From an uncultured Gammaproteobacteria bacterium (GTDB lineage: Bacteria > Patescibacteriota > Patescibacteriia > 2-12-FULL-57-11), in contig CAZYLV010000004.1 of NCBI GenBank assembly GCA_964648865.1, forward strand, positions 2,740 to 66,739: a stretch of DNA of 64,000 nt, given 5' to 3'. Below, piece after piece: positions 60,801 to 64,000 of this stretch (position 1 is its first letter; each line of letters opens with the position of its first letter). The position numbers and the translations under genes are program-made. The notes below the pieces were generated by a model. That model saw nothing but the letters and a program-made list of their open reading frames with translations, was not told where the DNA came from and did no database searches.

Positions 60801-61794
60801 GCGTCAGCGGGTCGGCGAAACGCTTTTGCTTCAACGCGAAGTATCCGGCCGCGGCGATCATCGCGGCGTTGTCTGAGGTCCACGGCAGATCGGGCTCGGC
60901 ATAGCGCGCCCGCGGCAGGCGCTCGGCCACGGCCGCGGCAAGCAGCGTGCGCAGCCGCGTGTTGGCCGCGACGCCGCCGCCCAAGAGCACCGTCTTAGCA
61001 CGTGCTCTCTTGGCTGCGGCAATGGTCTTCGTCACGAGCACCTCGCAGACGGCTTCTTCGAACGACGCACAGAGGTCGGCGGGCTTGGGTTTCTTCCCCC
61101 GTGCTTCCAGGATGCCGCGCACCGCGGTCTTGAGCCCCGAGAAACTGAAATCGAAATCCCTAGAAGCGATCATCGGCCGCGGCAGCTTCACCGTGCGCGG
61201 ATCGCCTTTCCTCGCGAGTGCCGCGACGGCCGGTCCGCCCGGATACCCGAGCCCCAAGAGCTGCGCCACCTTGTCGAAGGCCTCGCCGGCGGCATCGTCG
61301 CGCGTCGCGCCGAGCAGCTCATACTGCCCGAGCCTCTTCACGCGCAACAGCTCGGTGTGTCCGCCGGAGACGATGAGCGCCACGGCGGGGAAAGCGATGC
61401 GCGGGTTGGTGAGCCAATTAGCGGCGATATGGCCCTCGATGTGGTTGACGGCCAGGAGGGGCACGGCGCGCCGTGCCCCTACAGACCAGAGCCAGGCCAA
61501 CGTACGGCCGACATCGACGCCGACACGAAGCGACGTGATGAGCCCGGGTCCGGCCGTCACGGCGATGGCGTCGGCCTTGGGGCGGCGCACGTCGCCGAGG
61601 AGCTTCTTCAGCACCGGGAAGATGGTCTCGGCGTGTTCCCGCGCCGCGACCTCCGGCACCACGCCGCCGTACTTCTTGTGGATCAGCACCTGGGAAGCGG
61701 TCAGCACCTTCTCCACACGGAACTTCCCACGCTCCGCCGTGAGGAGCGCGAGCGAGGTCTCGTCGCAGGAGGTTTCGATGCCCAGGATGCGCAT
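60763..61794 (-). CDS. tsaD: tRNA N6-adenosine threonylcarbamoyltransferase TsaD
   Basis: ATG 61794 (MRILGIETSCDETS...); the ORF track extends to 61941. Kae1/TsaD metal-binding HxEGH and GGVAAN motifs. Confidence 0.9.
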   Translation of the reverse strand: MRILGIETSCDETSLALLTAERGKFRVEKVLTASQVLIHKKYGGVVPEVAAREHAETIFPVLKKLLGDVRRPKADAIAVTAGPGLITSLRVGVDVGRTLAWLWSVGARRAVPLLAVNHIEGHIAANWLTNPRIAFPAVALIVSGGHTELLRVKRLGQYELLGATRDDAAGEAFDKVAQLLGLGYPGGPAVAALARKGDPRTVKLPRPMIASRDFDFSFSGLKTAVRGILEARGKKPKPADLCASFEEAVCEVLVTKTIAAAKRARAKTVLLGGGVAANTRLRTLLAAAVAERLPRARYAEPDLPWTSDNAAMIAAAGYFALKQKRFADPLTLAPDSGWELGRA

Positions 61795-61801
61795 GCAGGC
61801 G

Positions 61802-61830
61802 ATTGTACGGGCGAAACGGGGGCGAGACAA
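61802..61830 (-). promoter_or_regulatory. sigma70-type promoter (TTGTCT, 17 nt spacer, TACAAT) 7 nt upstream of the tsaD ATG; implies a leaderless mRNA
   Basis: Minus strand: ttgtct cgcccccgtttcgcccg tacaat cgcctgc ATG. Confidence 0.45.
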
Positions 61831-61934
61831 TACGCTTTTGTAGTCCCCGCACCCACACCAAAGAAAAGTGAGTGCGAGAGATTCGCCTTTGTTTAGAGCA
61901 AACTTTAACGCTTGTAGACAATGTAACTTAGTGA

Positions 61935-61963
61935 TTGACATTAGTTATGAGTGCATGTAAACT
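61935..61963 (+). promoter_or_regulatory. textbook sigma70 promoter (TTGACA, 17 nt spacer, TAAACT) in the low-GC island
   Basis: ttgaca ttagttatgagtgcatg taaact; about 20 nt upstream of the 61986 ATG. Confidence 0.5.
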
Positions 61964-61985
61964 GCTACTTGCTAATGTCTAAGCT

Positions 61986-63461
61986 ATGGCACTAATCGAT
62001 CGAGAGGAGGTTCTGAAGGTGCTTCGCGGATTCAATCCTTGGTGGGCCACTGGGAAAATTCCCGACTCCTTTCTCAAAAAACTGAAGAGAACACCATACT
62101 TTGAGGTGGAAAAGATACTCGACGTCGCTGGACTAAAGAGAGCGATTGTTTTGTCCGGTCCCAGACGAGTTGGGAAGACGACGATTTTGTATCAAATCGC
62201 CAACTCGGCGATTTACGAAAGACGGATTCATCCGTCGCAGGTGCTCTATCTAACCCTTGAACATCCGGTGCTGAAGCTGATGCCTATCGACGAGATCCTC
62301 AACATTTACGACCAAGAGATTGCTCCGTCCGGCAAAGAAAAGTGGGTGCTCCTAGACGAGCTCCAATACATTGATGAGCCGACTAAATGGCTGAAGATTC
62401 TGGTCGACCAGCACCCCGACTGGAAAATTATCGTCACCGGATCGGCAAGCATAGTTTTTCGATCGAAGGACAAGGAGTCTGGAGTCGGACGGTGGGTTAC
62501 TGTTCTGGTACCACCGTTGTCCTTCTACGAGTACATCGCCCTGAGACATGAAGAGCATAAAAATAATGTTACACCTCCAGAGATTCCTGAGGATGTAAAC
62601 CCTCTAAACCTTGGCGCTCTCAATTCGCGCGACCGACAACAGCTACTAAGCCAACTCAAACCGCTAAAAAGAGAGTTCAATACCTATCTACTTCAGGGCG
62701 GCTTCCCCGACACGGCACTTCAAGAAGACCTTTCACTCGCACAACGGCTGCTCAGAGAAGACATCGTCGACAAGGTTCTAAAGAGAGACATGGCAGCGTT
62801 TTATGGTGTGAGGAAACTACAAGAACTGGAGCGCCTCTTCGTTTACCTTTGCATCCACAATGGCGAGGTCGTAAACGAGCAAACAATCAGCAATGAGCTT
62901 AACATCAGTCGTCCGACAGTATCGTCACTTCTGAGAAACCTTGAAGGGGCACACCTTATAAGGCCATTGAGCGGACTATCCCTAACAGGGAAGAAGGCGT
63001 TGAAGGGGCGTGTCAAATGGTACCTAACTGACCCATCAATCAGAAACGCGGTTCTCCTTAGGGGAACAGAAATGTTGAATGATCCACGGGATTTGGGGAT
63101 GGTCGTAGAATCAGTGGTAATTAACCAGTTGGCCACATACTCGTACCCCACCAGGCCTAGGCTTGGTTATTGGAAAGACAGGAAGGGTCGTGAGGTGGAC
63201 CTAATCATTGATGCACCGACAAAAAAACGTGTTGCGGTTGAGGTTAAGTATCGAGAGGATCCGAGAATCAGCTCTGACGATGGAATGACTAGATACCTTG
63301 AGGGCAATCCGGATGCCCAAGGCATTGTTGTTACTAAAGACGCTGAAGACTTTGAGACCCAGGCAGCAAATAACGGACAATGGTCTGTAACCTTAATCCC
63401 AGCATACGTCTTTCTCTATATCTTGGGGCATTTTGAACGCCGTAGACATAAGAAGGTTTGA
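61986..63461 (+). CDS. AAA+ ATPase of the AAA_14/DUF4143 (COG1373) family
   Basis: 491 aa with Walker A GPRRVGKTT, Walker B WVLLDELQ and a C-terminal DUF4143-like region. Local GC is about 48% against about 70% in the flanks. Confidence 0.8.
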   Translation: MALIDREEVLKVLRGFNPWWATGKIPDSFLKKLKRTPYFEVEKILDVAGLKRAIVLSGPRRVGKTTILYQIANSAIYERRIHPSQVLYLTLEHPVLKLMPIDEILNIYDQEIAPSGKEKWVLLDELQYIDEPTKWLKILVDQHPDWKIIVTGSASIVFRSKDKESGVGRWVTVLVPPLSFYEYIALRHEEHKNNVTPPEIPEDVNPLNLGALNSRDRQQLLSQLKPLKREFNTYLLQGGFPDTALQEDLSLAQRLLREDIVDKVLKRDMAAFYGVRKLQELERLFVYLCIHNGEVVNEQTISNELNISRPTVSSLLRNLEGAHLIRPLSGLSLTGKKALKGRVKWYLTDPSIRNAVLLRGTEMLNDPRDLGMVVESVVINQLATYSYPTRPRLGYWKDRKGREVDLIIDAPTKKRVAVEVKYREDPRISSDDGMTRYLEGNPDAQGIVVTKDAEDFETQAANNGQWSVTLIPAYVFLYILGHFERRRHKKV

Positions 63462-63531
63462 AACCCTGGACAGAATCCGAGACTCCGAGTAAGTCAGGGG
63501 GCAGGTCTTCACAACAGAAAGGACCGAGGCG

Positions 63532-64000
63532 ATGGAACGGTTGGTCATCGAGAAAACGCTCGGCATCCCGGCCGAGGAGGTGCTCGCCAAACAGCACAAC
63601 CTCTGGATGGGCATCAGCAACAGCGGATGGTTCGAGGAACATCTCGAACAGATCGTGCTCTGGGCACTCGCCCACACCAAGGAGAAGCTCCTGGTCGTCG
63701 TGCCCGGTCGGCTGTGGGCGGTCAACCTCCACCACGTCGACAAAAAGAGCCGCGCCCGCGCGCTCCGTCTCGCCTTCGCCAAGGAGGCGCAGTACTATAA
63801 GCGGATCCACGACGCGCTGCCGGCGGACGCCGAGGGCCGCGTGCGCATCGTCGGCTACGACGAAATCCTGACGGCCGGATACGTCCACTGGCGCGAGCTG
63901 TTCTACCGCGCCTTCAGTGAGGAAGGGCCGTTCTACGACCGCGTCATGGACATCGCGCGGGACTACCTCGCCAGCCGAGGCCGCACGATCAACAAGGACC
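63532..64000 (+). CDS. cyclodipeptide synthase (CDPS)-like protein, partial (C-terminus beyond the window end)
   Basis: N-terminal 156 aa align by eye to AlbC-type CDPS: HNLWMGISNSGWFEE (compare HALIGISAGNSYFSQ), ...IVLWALAH..LLVVV (compare VMLLQWAGQRF..VVYVD), and later RVRIVGYDEIL...YRAFSEEGPFYDRVMDIARDY. Confidence 0.45.
   Translation, partial: MERLVIEKTLGIPAEEVLAKQHNLWMGISNSGWFEEHLEQIVLWALAHTKEKLLVVVPGRLWAVNLHHVDKKSRARALRLAFAKEAQYYKRIHDALPADAEGRVRIVGYDEILTAGYVHWRELFYRAFSEEGPFYDRVMDIARDYLASRGRTINKD

Overview
This is a 64 kb segment of bacterial chromosome with about 70% GC, compact and mostly coding. Canonical sigma70-type promoters (TTGACA, 17 nt spacer, TATAAT-like) stand out clearly against the GC-rich background. 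The compact housekeeping gene set suggests a small-genome, possibly Patescibacteria/CPR-like lineage, but taxonomy is not established.

Housekeeping content:
- Ribosomal proteins: rpmB, rpmF, rpsA.
- Translation and tRNA: glmS, leuS, proS, infB, truB, typA, tsaD/tsaE.
- tRNAs: tRNA-Pro(GGG), tRNA-Arg(TCG), and an atypical tRNA-Lys(CTT)-like gene.
- DNA, RNA and redox: gyrA, rnc, nusB, ndk, trxA/trxB, rny with a ymdB-like gene, HU, a DEAD-box helicase.
- Envelope and pili: ftsH, pilT, pilB, a ComEC competence-domain protein, DoxX, a 3D-domain protein, an MBL hydrolase.

Accessory or unusual content:
1. A FecR-domain gene, a CHASE2-sensor nucleotide cyclase and an unknown gene form an operon (3851-8609); a separate orphan 216-aa cyclase-domain gene sits next to tRNA-Arg.
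2. A 6.6 kb array (33751-40382) of secreted or lipoprotein genes carries MopE-like Cys/Asp metal-binding repeats and a uridine-kinase-like gene. Every gene is separated by members of two families of conserved, structured intergenic repeats. The repeats are hairpin plus U-tract, REP/terminator-like, and differ between copies by compensatory base changes.
3. An intact RAYT (IS200-like HUH tyrosine transposase) lies beside the tRNA-Lys-like gene. A roughly 55 bp copy of an internal RAYT segment sits at the tsaD/tsaE junction.
4. A C-terminal remnant of a DGR/retron-type reverse transcriptase lies downstream of an independently promoted 287-aa unknown gene, which has a long leader and a tandemly duplicated RBS/uORF.
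5. Several orphan unknown genes carry canonical promoters and long structured leaders: a 465-aa plus 318-aa pair, and a 188-aa plus 462-aa pair.
6. A low-GC (about 48%) island encodes an AAA+ (AAA_14/DUF4143) ATPase with a textbook promoter. It is followed by a partial cyclodipeptide-synthase-like gene at the window edge.

No rRNA, CRISPR array or intact prophage was seen. Many long plus-strand ORFs in the supplied track are antisense artefacts of the high GC content. Coordinates not anchored to ORF-track ends may be off by 1-3 nt.
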